From contig JBJLIP010000001.1 of NCBI GenBank assembly GCA_045563715.1, positions 321,131 through 385,130 on the forward strand: a DNA stretch of 64,000 bases, given 5' to 3'. Below are positions 7,404-16,627 of the stretch, in pieces. This DNA is from Gammaproteobacteria bacterium. GTDB lineage: Bacteria; Pseudomonadota; Gammaproteobacteria; Magnimaribacterales; D2472. The notes beneath the pieces are model-generated. The model made no database searches and was not told the origin of the DNA. It saw only the letters and a list, made by a program, of their open reading frames with translations. Made by a program: the position numbers and the translations under genes. Numbering within the stretch: the first letter of the stretch is position 1; the number at the start of each line of letters is the position of its first letter.

Positions 7404-8205
7404 TCTTTTTCTTTAAATTGTTTAAGTATTTCTCATTAAAGTGATTATTTCTTTTCCTATTCATAAAATTAGCCCACAAAAACTCAGTATAAATATTCAT
7501 TAGTGTCCACTTTTTGAGTTTAGTATAAATATTATTATTTAAATTTTTAATTCCATAACTATTTAAAAATATATTAATTTCAGTTTCATTCATTTGTAAT
7601 GAAGATATAAGTTTTGAAAGATCACAATATCTACTGTTGATACTCAAATATTCAAAATCAATAAAAAAAATATCTCTCCTATTAAACATAATATTAAATA
7701 AATTTAAATCGTTATGACTAACAACGTTTTCATCTTTGTCTATTTTTAATTCATTTAATAGTGCAAGTGATTGTCGGTAAAACTTAGAATTTGATTCTGT
7801 ATTTGTAGTACTAAAATATAAATTTACTTGATCTTCAAAAGTTTTTGTTTTTCCATTATTTTTTATTTGATGTAGTTTTCGTAATTGTTTTCCAAGATTA
7901 GGAATATTTATTAATTCTTTTGTAGATGATTCCATTTCAAAATATTCATAAATCACTAGCCCTGTTTTTTTTTCTAGGTATAAAAGTTTAGTAGTGATAT
8001 TTTTTTTAATGATTTGTTCAATAATATTATTTTTTAAATACTCGTTAATAATAAACTCATAATTTATATTCTTTGGTAATTTAAAAATCGATTTTATATT
8101 CTTGAATTTTCCGACAAAAGTTTCTGACGTTTCGCTGTCAGCAATTTGTTTATGTACTTCAAAGTTAGAGTTTGTATTTCTTAATATTTTTTTTAATCTT
8201 TCCAT
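7369..8205 (-). CDS. APH/choline-kinase-fold small-molecule kinase; by context a candidate thiamine (or thiamine-precursor) kinase
   Basis: Brenner-type motif VVSHNDLNLFNIMF followed by FFIDFEY (HxDxxxxN ... DxE). Last gene of the TPP-riboswitch operon, on the same strand 85 nt after the PnuC-family gene. Confidence 0.6.
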   Translation of the reverse strand: MERLKKILRNTNSNFEVHKQIADSETSETFVGKFKNIKSIFKLPKNINYEFIINEYLKNNIIEQIIKKNITTKLLYLEKKTGLVIYEYFEMESSTKELINIPNLGKQLRKLHQIKNNGKTKTFEDQVNLYFSTTNTESNSKFYRQSLALLNELKIDKDENVVSHNDLNLFNIMFNRRDIFFIDFEYLSINSRYCDLSKLISSLQMNETEINIFLNSYGIKNLNNNIYTKLKKWTLMNIYTEFLWANFMNRKRNNHFNEKYLNNLKKKIKQQRQQLELI

Positions 8206-8290
8206 AAATGTATAAATCGAATTTTTAATTTGAATTAAGTAATTTGTTTATTAATTTCAAACTTATTTTTTTATTTTTTAAAATTATTCT

Positions 8291-8857
8291 CTAATTTTTA
8301 TTTAATTTATTAACCCATGAATTGTATCCAAAAATAATAATTATTAGATAAATAAAAAATAATGCTGAGGTCAAATATAATTCTCGCAAAATAAATAAAT
8401 AAATAGAAATTGAATTTATAACAAACCAATATATCCAGTTTTCAATTATTTTTTTAGCAACCATGTATGTAGTAATTATTGCGCCCCATGTTGTAAGTGC
8501 ATCCAAGAATGGAAATTTTGACTCTATAAATTTTTGTAAAAAAATGCCTGATAATATAGACAAAGATACTATTAAAATAAAAGCGTATAAGTGATTAATT
8601 TTTCTCCATCTTTTTATTCTTAAAACCAATTTTTTATTTGCTTTATTGTTCCATTGTAACCATCCATATATTGCCATAATCACATAAAATACTTGCAATA
8701 ATGATTGCATTATTAAATCAGCTTGATACATAGTATATATAAAAAGTAATGAGCTAATTAATGCCGCATACCAGCACTTTACGTCTTCTTTAGCTGCTAA
8801 TATTAAATACAATATTCCCAAAATTACTGCTAAGCTTTCTATAATGAGTAAGGTCAT
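8291..8857 (-). CDS. pnuT: PnuC-family vitamin transporter (predicted thiamine-type PnuT from riboswitch context)
   Basis: 188 aa with about 7 TM. PnuC-like motifs AIYGWLQWN and YWFVINSISIYLF. It lies immediately downstream of a TPP-riboswitch-controlled TonB receptor. Confidence 0.75.
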   Translation of the reverse strand: MTLLIIESLAVILGILYLILAAKEDVKCWYAALISSLLFIYTMYQADLIMQSLLQVFYVIMAIYGWLQWNNKANKKLVLRIKRWRKINHLYAFILIVSLSILSGIFLQKFIESKFPFLDALTTWGAIITTYMVAKKIIENWIYWFVINSISIYLFILRELYLTSALFFIYLIIIIFGYNSWVNKLNKN

Positions 8858-8863
8858 TAGATT

Positions 8864-10960
8864 TTAAAAATCATACCTTATAGATATGCCAATATTCTTT
8901 GGGTCGCCTTGCCTTCTATACAATGTATCAATAAAATTTGGAGCCTCATTTCCAAAGTAAAATCCTCTTGTTGAATAGTATTCATCAAATAGATTTCTTA
9001 TCCAAACATCTGTCACAAAGTTTGCTTTTGAGTAACCCAGTGTAAGATTTACAAGTTGATAACTTTTTGATTTATTATCATGTGAATCAGAATAGTAAAA
9101 GCTACTCTTTCCATTGACATCTATCTTTAAATAAAGATTATTATTTATATCTAAGTTTGTGCCAAAAGAGTAAGTTCTTTCTGGTGCATGAGCCTGTGCC
9201 CTATTCTCCAAATCAATTCTAGACTCCCAGTTTTTTATCTTTGTCTTAAGCAAACCAAAATTAAAAAATAAATTAAGATTACCTCTAACAAAATATTCAG
9301 AACTAACTTCTATTCCATAATTTTCACCCTCAGCAGCATTTTGGGTTAAATATGAAAAAGTGTTTGGGTCAGTTGGATCTACTTGCCTTGAAATTAAAAC
9401 TTGCTGATCTTCTCTTTTTGAAAAGAAAAAAACTGCTGAATAATTCAAGATTGAGTCATTATTGTTTGAACTTAATCCAATTTCATAGTTAGTCAAAAAT
9501 TCTGGATCATATATTAGGGAGTTTTTTATTGAATTATCAGTTGCGTCTAAACCAAGATTAAAACCACCTTGTTTATATCCTCGTGCAATTGAAAAATAAA
9601 TATTTGAATTATCATTATTTTTAATCAAAGAAATTTTACCTCCATTCATGTTGTCAGATGGATTGAATGATTCTTGATTTGAATCGTTATATTTTGAGTC
9701 CCAATTTTCCCATCTTAATCCAAAAGCTAGTTTATGATTCTCAGAAAGGAAGTAATCAATGTTCCCAAACAATGATAAGTTTTCAGCTTCATAATTTCTT
9801 GAAACTACTGATTGACTAACATAGGGGCTATATTGATCTGAAGGGTCTCCATAAACCCCGTCGTCTCTGGTTATATTTTTTTCCTCTAATTCACTAATAT
9901 CAATACCAAAAATCCATTGAAGTTTATCTTGCTCTGTTAAATCTTTATTTTTTGATAAAAAACGTACTTCTTGAGAAAAGGTATCTCTGTTTCGTAAAGT
10001 TTTAGAGAAATAATCATAAGTGTATGGAAAATGTGATTCTGAATTACCCCAATCAGCATCATAACTAAAGATAACATCTGTTTTTGTAATACTTGTAAAA
10101 CTTTGGATATCAATATTATCAAAGTTTTTCGTAATTTTTATTCCATAGGAGTCTGTTTCTTGCGAATCCATTCCTGGACGATCTGATAAAGTATTTAAAC
10201 TCCCATCTATCGTCCATATGTCTGCGGGATCATCCATATCAACTTTTGAAATAAGAAAATTAATATCTATAGTCTCATTAAAATCCCAATTTAATTTATA
10301 TCGCAATGTCAGCTCATCTTTTTTAGAAGTGTCTGATTTGTTTAAAAAAATATTTTTTCTAAAGCCGTCTGCATAATCGGTTCTTAATACGAGACGATAT
10401 TTAAGTTTTTCATTTTTCATAGGACCGCCAAAAGCAATACCTAAATTTTGTGTTCCATAATCTCCAAGAGTTATTTCTGAGGTTCCTTCAAATTTATCTG
10501 TTGGATCTTTAGTCTTTATATAAATTAATCCTGCTAATGCATTTGCGCCTGTTCTTGAACCTTGTGGTCCTCGAAAAACTTCAACTTGATCTACGTCAAA
10601 TAAAGTTGCGATTCCGCCCTGTCCAGAATAATCAATATCATCTATCAAAAATCCTACAGAAGAATTTGGTGTGCCTTGATAACCAGATCTTTCTCCAATC
10701 CCACGAATTTGAAAATACCTAGCACGAGAATCTGAGCCAGCATAATTTAAATTTGGTACCAAATATGAAAGTTGTTGAAAATGTTTTATTGCTTTAGATT
10801 TAATTGTTTCAGATGAGATTATAGAAATACTAGAATCTTCTTCACTTATTGATTTTTCTCTGAACTCTCCTTTAACAATCACCTCTTCAATGTTTTTTGA
10901 AAAAATAAATACTGAAAAAAGAAGTGGTAATAATAATAGATTTTTTTTTCTGATATACAT
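8864..10960 (-). CDS. TonB-dependent outer membrane receptor (riboswitch context implies thiamine or a related compound as substrate)
   Basis: Signal peptide MYIRKKNLLLLPLLFSVFIFS, plug domain (...DQVEVFRGPQGSRTGANALAGLIYIKTK...) and C-terminal beta-barrel ending ...ISIRYDF. The start is set at the ATG at 10960 because the upstream ORF-track codons overlap the riboswitch. Confidence 0.9.
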   Translation of the reverse strand: MYIRKKNLLLLPLLFSVFIFSKNIEEVIVKGEFREKSISEEDSSISIISSETIKSKAIKHFQQLSYLVPNLNYAGSDSRARYFQIRGIGERSGYQGTPNSSVGFLIDDIDYSGQGGIATLFDVDQVEVFRGPQGSRTGANALAGLIYIKTKDPTDKFEGTSEITLGDYGTQNLGIAFGGPMKNEKLKYRLVLRTDYADGFRKNIFLNKSDTSKKDELTLRYKLNWDFNETIDINFLISKVDMDDPADIWTIDGSLNTLSDRPGMDSQETDSYGIKITKNFDNIDIQSFTSITKTDVIFSYDADWGNSESHFPYTYDYFSKTLRNRDTFSQEVRFLSKNKDLTEQDKLQWIFGIDISELEEKNITRDDGVYGDPSDQYSPYVSQSVVSRNYEAENLSLFGNIDYFLSENHKLAFGLRWENWDSKYNDSNQESFNPSDNMNGGKISLIKNNDNSNIYFSIARGYKQGGFNLGLDATDNSIKNSLIYDPEFLTNYEIGLSSNNNDSILNYSAVFFFSKREDQQVLISRQVDPTDPNTFSYLTQNAAEGENYGIEVSSEYFVRGNLNLFFNFGLLKTKIKNWESRIDLENRAQAHAPERTYSFGTNLDINNNLYLKIDVNGKSSFYYSDSHDNKSKSYQLVNLTLGYSKANFVTDVWIRNLFDEYYSTRGFYFGNEAPNFIDTLYRRQGDPKNIGISIRYDF

Positions 10961-11043
10961 ATGCAATTCCTCCGCAACTATTGTGTTGATCAGGTTCAAA
11001 GGGTTTCATAAGATCTCAGGCCTACAAAGCCACCCCTTTGCAT
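10961..11043 (-). promoter_or_regulatory. TPP (THI-box) riboswitch, translational type
   Basis: The minus strand reads AUGCAA-AGGGGUGGCUUUGUAGGCCUGAGAUCUUAUGAAACCCUUUGAACCUGAUCAACACAAUAGUUGCGGAGGAA-UUGCAU-AUG. It contains the conserved GGGGUG, CUGAGA, ACCC, UGAACCUGAUC and GCG.AGGAA blocks. P1 (AUGCAA/UUGCAU) abuts the SD GGAGGAA and the start codon. Confidence 0.9.
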
Positions 11044-11133
11044 TAATTAACTATATTAATAAATATTTTAGAAATTTAATAGTATGGATATTGCTAAATT
11101 TTTGTTCTTATAGTGCTAAAGATGCGAAGTAGT

Positions 11134-13239
11134 TCAATTATTTATAACATCAAAGGCATACCCATAAATTTCAGCGATCTGATTAATTCTTTTATCTTTA
11201 GGAGTGCCTGCTCCATGGCCAGCTCTGTCTTCTACTCTTATCAAAACAGGATTATCGCATGATTGATATTCTTGTAATTTAGCTGCAAATTTAAATGAGT
11301 GAGATGGTACAACCCTATCATCACGACTTGCAGTTGTGATAAGTGTAGTTGGATAACAGACATCAGGTTTAATATTATGAAGTGGCGAATAGGCTAATAA
11401 GTTTTCGAATTCATCTTTTTTATCTGGAGAACCATAGTCACTTTCCCAAGCCCAACCGATTGTAAATTTATTAAACCTAAGCATATCTAATACGCCAACC
11501 TGAGGTATGGCTACCTCAAACAAATCTGGATTTTGTAACATAGTTGCTGCCACCAAAAGACCACCATTTGATCTTCCATCTATAGCAGTTGTTTTTGGAG
11601 ATCCAATTTTATTAGCGTGTAAGAATTTTGCTGCATATGCAAAATCATCAAAAACGTTTTGCTTGTTAAACAGCATGCCAGCTTCATGCCAAGTATTTCC
11701 GTATTCTGATCCACCCCTTAAGTTTGCAACAGCAAAAACTCCATCTTGATTTTTCCATGCTGTTTGGCTTTTACTAAAACTTGGAAGTATCGATATATTA
11801 AATCCTCCGTAGCCATATATTAACAATGGTGTATTTTCATTAATTTCTATGTCTTTTTTATGACTGATATGAATTGGTATTTTTGTACCATCCTTTGATG
11901 GATAGAATTCTAATCGAGAAACATATTTCTCCGGATTGTATCCATCAAGCTCTTCTTTCCAAAAAAGTTCAAAAGAAAGATCTTTCAAATCTATTTCATA
12001 TATTTCTCTTGGAGTAACGTAATTTGTAATTGCAAAAAAAGAACTGCTATCATCAATATCCCCATTAAGGCCGCTAATAGTTCCTTTTTTGGGTAAAGAT
12101 AACTTGGAGATCAATTCACCCAAAAGATTGAAAATACTTATTTCTGAAAATGTATCTTCTAAATAATTAATTACAAATGAGTTATTAATAATATTTGCTG
12201 ATCTTATTGCATTTTCGGATTCTGGAATAACCTCATTCCATACAAATGAGCCATTTTTAACTTCTAAATTAACTATCTTTCCATTAGGAGCATTTTCAGT
12301 TGTATAAAACCACAAAATATTATCTTTGCTGTCAATAAAGCTATATGTCCCAATTAATTCATCAATAATGGGAAGAAAATCACCATCTTTTTCAACTTTT
12401 AAATAAATCTTATTTCTATCATCAGTGCCTTCTGAAATAGATAATATTTTTATGTCGCTATCTTTTACTACAGTTATTCCAAATCCCCATCTAGGATTTT
12501 CAGAATTTTCATAAATTAATTTATCATCAGATTGATCAGTGCCAATTTTATGAAACATTAATTTTGGAGACTCATTTAATTCTTTTAAAAGCTCTCCATC
12601 AGGCTCTTCGTATCGTCTATAGTAAAAACCACTATCGTCATTTTCCCAAGATGCGCCAGAAAATTTTGCCCATTTGAGTTCATCTTTGAGAACCTCGCCA
12701 GTATCTATGTTCATCACCTTCCAAGTTCTCCAATCAGATCCACCATCGGAGATTGAATAAGCTATATGTGATGCATCATTGCTTATACTGGTTCCACCAA
12801 GTGAAATCGTCCCATCTTTTGAAAATTTATTAGGATCAATTAACACTCTAGCTTCACAAGTCTCACAATCTTTAATCATTAGCTTGCTTTGTTGAAACGA
12901 GCCATCATTAAAATAGAAAAAAGTTTTTTCTTTTACCTTATATGGAATTGATATAGATTCACTTTCCCAAATTTGATTCAAATAATTTTCTAGACCTTTT
13001 TTATATTTATTTTTTCCAATAAATTTGTTGGTGAATTCATTTTGTCTTTGAATCCAATCAATCGACTCATCACTTGTGAAATCCTCTAGCCATCTATATG
13101 AATCAGAAATACTATATCCGTGAAGATTTTCTTCAAAATCAATTTTTTTTGATACTGGATATTCATCAGAATTATTTTCTGAAGAGCTACAAGAGATTAG
13201 TAAAATAATCGTAAAACTTGCTATATATTTTAGATGCAT
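11134..13239 (-). CDS. Prolyl oligopeptidase (S9A family), lipoprotein
   Basis: Lipobox LLISCSS, an N-terminal beta-propeller, and a C-terminal catalytic domain with GRSNGGLLVAA (Ser nucleophile) plus ...RVEDRAGHGAG (His). Confidence 0.9.
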   Translation of the reverse strand: MHLKYIASFTIILLISCSSSENNSDEYPVSKKIDFEENLHGYSISDSYRWLEDFTSDESIDWIQRQNEFTNKFIGKNKYKKGLENYLNQIWESESISIPYKVKEKTFFYFNDGSFQQSKLMIKDCETCEARVLIDPNKFSKDGTISLGGTSISNDASHIAYSISDGGSDWRTWKVMNIDTGEVLKDELKWAKFSGASWENDDSGFYYRRYEEPDGELLKELNESPKLMFHKIGTDQSDDKLIYENSENPRWGFGITVVKDSDIKILSISEGTDDRNKIYLKVEKDGDFLPIIDELIGTYSFIDSKDNILWFYTTENAPNGKIVNLEVKNGSFVWNEVIPESENAIRSANIINNSFVINYLEDTFSEISIFNLLGELISKLSLPKKGTISGLNGDIDDSSSFFAITNYVTPREIYEIDLKDLSFELFWKEELDGYNPEKYVSRLEFYPSKDGTKIPIHISHKKDIEINENTPLLIYGYGGFNISILPSFSKSQTAWKNQDGVFAVANLRGGSEYGNTWHEAGMLFNKQNVFDDFAYAAKFLHANKIGSPKTTAIDGRSNGGLLVAATMLQNPDLFEVAIPQVGVLDMLRFNKFTIGWAWESDYGSPDKKDEFENLLAYSPLHNIKPDVCYPTTLITTASRDDRVVPSHSFKFAAKLQEYQSCDNPVLIRVEDRAGHGAGTPKDKRINQIAEIYGYAFDVINN

Positions 13240-13267
13240 AATGTAAATTTTACATTACAATTATTAG

Positions 13268-13996
13268 ATGGATCAATTTAATTCATCATGGCGATTTGTC
13301 TTTAAGAATTTTAAAGATTTAATATCTTTTGGTCTACCATGGTTAATTTTTACAATAATCAGCGTTGTTCTAATTGCGAATAAGCTACCTAAAATTCAAA
13401 TTGATGAGAGTGCAGCTATAGATGTAGCTACAAATGAGATGATAAGCACCTTAACTCAATTTTACGAAAATAATGCATCTCAACTTTTTGTAATTGAGTT
13501 AATGACCAATATTCTCTTTATTGTCTTCATTGCCTCATTAAGCATACAGTTTAAAAACATATCTAATACAAAGAACCCTCAAAACTTCTTTAAGATCTTG
13601 AAAAAGATTTACCCCAAAATACCATATTTATTTATTGCATCATTTATAACAGGTATTTTGGTTCAAATTGGATTTCTTATACTAATTTTTCCTGGGGTAT
13701 ATTTGTTCGCAAGATTATCGCTCTATCCAATTTATATTTCGCTTGAAGACAAGGGACCGATTGAGTCTATTAAATGTTCTTGGAACGCTACAGATGAATT
13801 TGGTGCGAAACTTACGATATATACTTTATTAATTTTCGTTTTACTTATCGTTACAACAATACTAACTTCTAGTCTCTTAGCTCTTACTTCAATAGGGCTG
13901 ACGCTTATAGTGCCGGTTATTCTTTTTGAAACAGTTATTTTTTCTATGGTCTTGAGTTATATTTATTTCTCTTTATATGTGTTCGTAAAAAAATAA
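13268..13996 (+). CDS. Hypothetical polytopic membrane protein
   Basis: 242-aa ORF with about 5-6 hydrophobic segments. I recognise no family motif. Confidence 0.5.
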   Translation: MDQFNSSWRFVFKNFKDLISFGLPWLIFTIISVVLIANKLPKIQIDESAAIDVATNEMISTLTQFYENNASQLFVIELMTNILFIVFIASLSIQFKNISNTKNPQNFFKILKKIYPKIPYLFIASFITGILVQIGFLILIFPGVYLFARLSLYPIYISLEDKGPIESIKCSWNATDEFGAKLTIYTLLIFVLLIVTTILTSSLLALTSIGLTLIVPVILFETVIFSMVLSYIYFSLYVFVKK

Positions 13997-14010
13997 AAAT
14001 CAAGTCACAA

Positions 14011-14039
14011 TTGTCGAAATAACAATTCGAAGGTAGAAT
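14011..14039 (+). promoter_or_regulatory. Sigma70-like promoter for tRNA-Ile
   Basis: TTGTCG (14011-14016), 17-nt spacer, TAGAAT (14034-14039), about 15 nt upstream of the mature tRNA 5' end. Confidence 0.45.
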
Positions 14040-14054
14040 GCTCATTCGTTGATA

Positions 14055-14133
14055 GGGCCTGTAGCTCAGTTTTGGTTAGAGCGTTCGACTGATAATCGAG
14101 AGGTCGGAAGTTCGAGTCTTCCCAGGCCCACCA
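14055..14133 (+). tRNA. tRNA-Ile (anticodon GAU), CCA encoded
   Basis: Cloverleaf read by eye: acceptor GGGCCTG/CAGGCCC, D arm GCTC...GAGC, anticodon stem TTCGA/TCGAG with loop CTGATAA, T arm GGAAG-TTCGAGT-CTTCC, then ACCA. Confidence 0.9.
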
Positions 14134-14170
14134 CTTTCATTTATTTTTTTCATCGCGTAATATAATTTAT

Positions 14171-14494
14171 ATGTATCGTTTAATTATATTATTTATAAGT
14201 TTTTTTCTGATTAGTAGCTGCGGGTTTGAAAACAGCCAGTCTCCATTAAAATCTCCAATAACTAAAGCAAGGTCAGCATATGTTTCAACTTGTTTTGAAA
14301 TTACGCCTGGAGGACAAAGCTACAGAGAAGTATGTGAATGTGGGTTTGATAAGGCTTTAGCATCGATGACCTCTTCTGAGGTAACTGCTTATTTAAGAGA
14401 TTTCTCTGAAATACAAGATCTGCAATTTGCAATTACAGTTCCAGCAAAATTTATAGAAGCACAAGCAGAGTGTGCTGTTGAAGCTTTTGAATAA
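14171..14494 (+). CDS. Hypothetical small lipoprotein
   Basis: Signal and lipobox FFLISSCGF, 107 aa, four further Cys residues. Confidence 0.5.
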   Translation: MYRLIILFISFFLISSCGFENSQSPLKSPITKARSAYVSTCFEITPGGQSYREVCECGFDKALASMTSSEVTAYLRDFSEIQDLQFAITVPAKFIEAQAECAVEAFE

Positions 14495-14517
14495 TTCTTA
14501 AATTAACTTCTAATATA

Positions 14518-15537
14518 TTAATTTTTATACTCCTCGGCCAATTTAATCCTGTCATCTGTTATTGGGTGGGTGGATATATATTTTAAATATTTCTCAAGAT
14601 CTTCTAACTCGTTTTGATCAGAAATTTTTTCAAAAGCATATATAAAGTTATCTTTGGAAATACCAAGTTTGTTTAAGTTTTCAAGAGAAAACATGTCAGC
14701 TTCAGTCTCATGTTCTCTTGAAAATGAAGCTTGTAGCAAAAATATGCCTGAGGTTGAAAGAATTTCTGTAAAACCTTGGATGTCTCCAATTAGATATGAA
14801 ATTACTATACCGTAACCAATTGATTCAACCATTAGCTTTAGACCATGATTATTTTCCACATGCCCAACCTCATGCAGAAGAATTGATAACAACGCCTTTG
14901 GATTATCTTCAAGAAGCAGCACCATTGAATCGGTCATCACGATTTTGCCATCTGGAAAAGCAAAGGCATTTATGCCAATTTCTTCGCCCTTAAAGAAAAA
15001 TAATTTATATTTATTTTTATCCAATCCAAGCCTATCCAAGCTATCATTAAAATTATTTACTATGCTTGTTTTTTGAGACTCAGTTAATGAGGATTTAACA
15101 AAGTAATTTTCTGAAAAATCTTTAAAAATTTTTTCGCTTATATAAGACTTTGAGCTATCTGGAATTCTTTTTACAATTGAGTTAGAAACTATTGGTAAAA
15201 CAGATGAAAGAACAATCCATAAAGAAAGAGGAGTAATAATAAATACAATAGCAAAAACTTTTTTATTTTTTGTTAGAAATCTATTAAAAAATGAAACATT
15301 TGATTCTAAAGGAATTTTTATATTTCTATCTGAAGCAATAAAAGATGCTCCATTAGTAAAATTTAATTCACTTTGAGTGTTAAATATTTGAAGATTTTTT
15401 TTAATGGAATTTATGTCTTCGCTAACTAAAGTAGATCCATCATTTGCATATACCTTAATTGATGATTTGCCAAAATGTAACTTTGCACTTTGTGTCTTTG
15501 AAGATTTCGGATAATAAAATGTGCCGATAATTACCAC
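14518..15537 (-). CDS. M48-family zinc metallopeptidase with N-terminal DUF7092-like domain and one TM
   Basis: HEVGHVENNH (HExxH) with a downstream E (EHETEAD). The N-terminal soluble beta-rich domain is followed by a TM segment. Paired with an upstream DUF898 gene. Confidence 0.8.
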   Translation of the reverse strand: MVIIGTFYYPKSSKTQSAKLHFGKSSIKVYANDGSTLVSEDINSIKKNLQIFNTQSELNFTNGASFIASDRNIKIPLESNVSFFNRFLTKNKKVFAIVFIITPLSLWIVLSSVLPIVSNSIVKRIPDSSKSYISEKIFKDFSENYFVKSSLTESQKTSIVNNFNDSLDRLGLDKNKYKLFFFKGEEIGINAFAFPDGKIVMTDSMVLLLEDNPKALLSILLHEVGHVENNHGLKLMVESIGYGIVISYLIGDIQGFTEILSTSGIFLLQASFSREHETEADMFSLENLNKLGISKDNFIYAFEKISDQNELEDLEKYLKYISTHPITDDRIKLAEEYKN

Positions 15538-15547
15538 AATGTCTTAT

Positions 15548-16591
15548 CTATATTTCAATATCAAAAGCCCCAGCAACTTCATCCATAATTGCAGATTCAT
15601 TGTCTGCAATATCATCGATTACTTTATCTACACCCTCTTCAGTATGGACTTCGAGGGTATTTGATAAATACCTAGCATTTCTAGTAACTATCCATGGTGT
15701 AGCCAAGCCAATAGAAAATATAAGAGCAAAAATATTTCCTGTTACAAGCTTAATATATGCACCGTACTTCATAGTTGAATTAAATCTTGCAACATTAGGT
15801 ATTATTGAATTATTAAAAGTATGGTTTCGAATGGCAACTGCCCATATCGATGTTGTAACAGCAATAATTAATATATAAAAAATTAAAACAGAAATATTAC
15901 TAAAAATCTGAATTGCCATAAATGAAGCTCCGGCGCCTCCCAAAAGCAAGCCAAAAAGAAACATTAATAAACCAAAGCCAATTAATGCCCCAAAAAATAT
16001 GCCTATAGTTATTCCAAATGCAGCGTAGTATGGACCAAAGTTAAGAGAAGAATTTACTGATACATTTCCAAATTTTGTGTTTTTTATTCTGTACTCATCT
16101 GCATATTTCAAAGCTAAGGGATAAGTACCTCCAAAAGTAAAAACTGAAAGAAAGGGTAAAATAAATATATACCACAAACTTTCAAAATAGGTCCCCTTAA
16201 AATTAAACCTTACATTTCTGTATGTAGTCATCCGATATTGGAAACTTAAACTTCTATTAATGATTAGTGGCGACAAAAAGAACAATATAACAATCATTAA
16301 GCCGTAAGCCCATCCTGGTAAAAAAATAGATACCAAATAAAAGGCAACAAGAAAAATAATAGCAATAAGTCTACCAATTAGAATGCTTAAAGGATCAGCA
16401 ATGTAATCTAGTCTATGACCGTCAATATTAATATTTTGGTAAATATATTTTGTATTTATAACCTTAGCCCAAGCTGAATATATTCCTAGAGTTATTATCG
16501 ATAAAAATATATTTACTATCCAGATTCGAAAATACTCAGATGAATCCCCAGTGTAAATTACATTTCTTTTATCTGTTATTCCGCTTTCCAT
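15548..16591 (-). CDS. DUF898 (YjgN-like) polytopic membrane protein
   Basis: The signature FRIWIVNIFLSIITLGIYSAWAKV is repeated in the C-terminal half (IFSIGLATPWIVTRNARY). 347 aa. Confidence 0.75.
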   Translation of the reverse strand: MESGITDKRNVIYTGDSSEYFRIWIVNIFLSIITLGIYSAWAKVINTKYIYQNINIDGHRLDYIADPLSILIGRLIAIIFLVAFYLVSIFLPGWAYGLMIVILFFLSPLIINRSLSFQYRMTTYRNVRFNFKGTYFESLWYIFILPFLSVFTFGGTYPLALKYADEYRIKNTKFGNVSVNSSLNFGPYYAAFGITIGIFFGALIGFGLLMFLFGLLLGGAGASFMAIQIFSNISVLIFYILIIAVTTSIWAVAIRNHTFNNSIIPNVARFNSTMKYGAYIKLVTGNIFALIFSIGLATPWIVTRNARYLSNTLEVHTEEGVDKVIDDIADNESAIMDEVAGAFDIEI

Positions 16592-16627
16592 AAGATTTTG
16601 CCCCTTGATTAATTGAGAGTATATTTA

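Noticed and set aside
10961-10999. N-terminal extension of the TonB receptor ORF (MNLINTIVAEELH)
   Set aside because: These codons are the 3' half of the TPP riboswitch. A proper signal peptide starts at the ATG at 10960.
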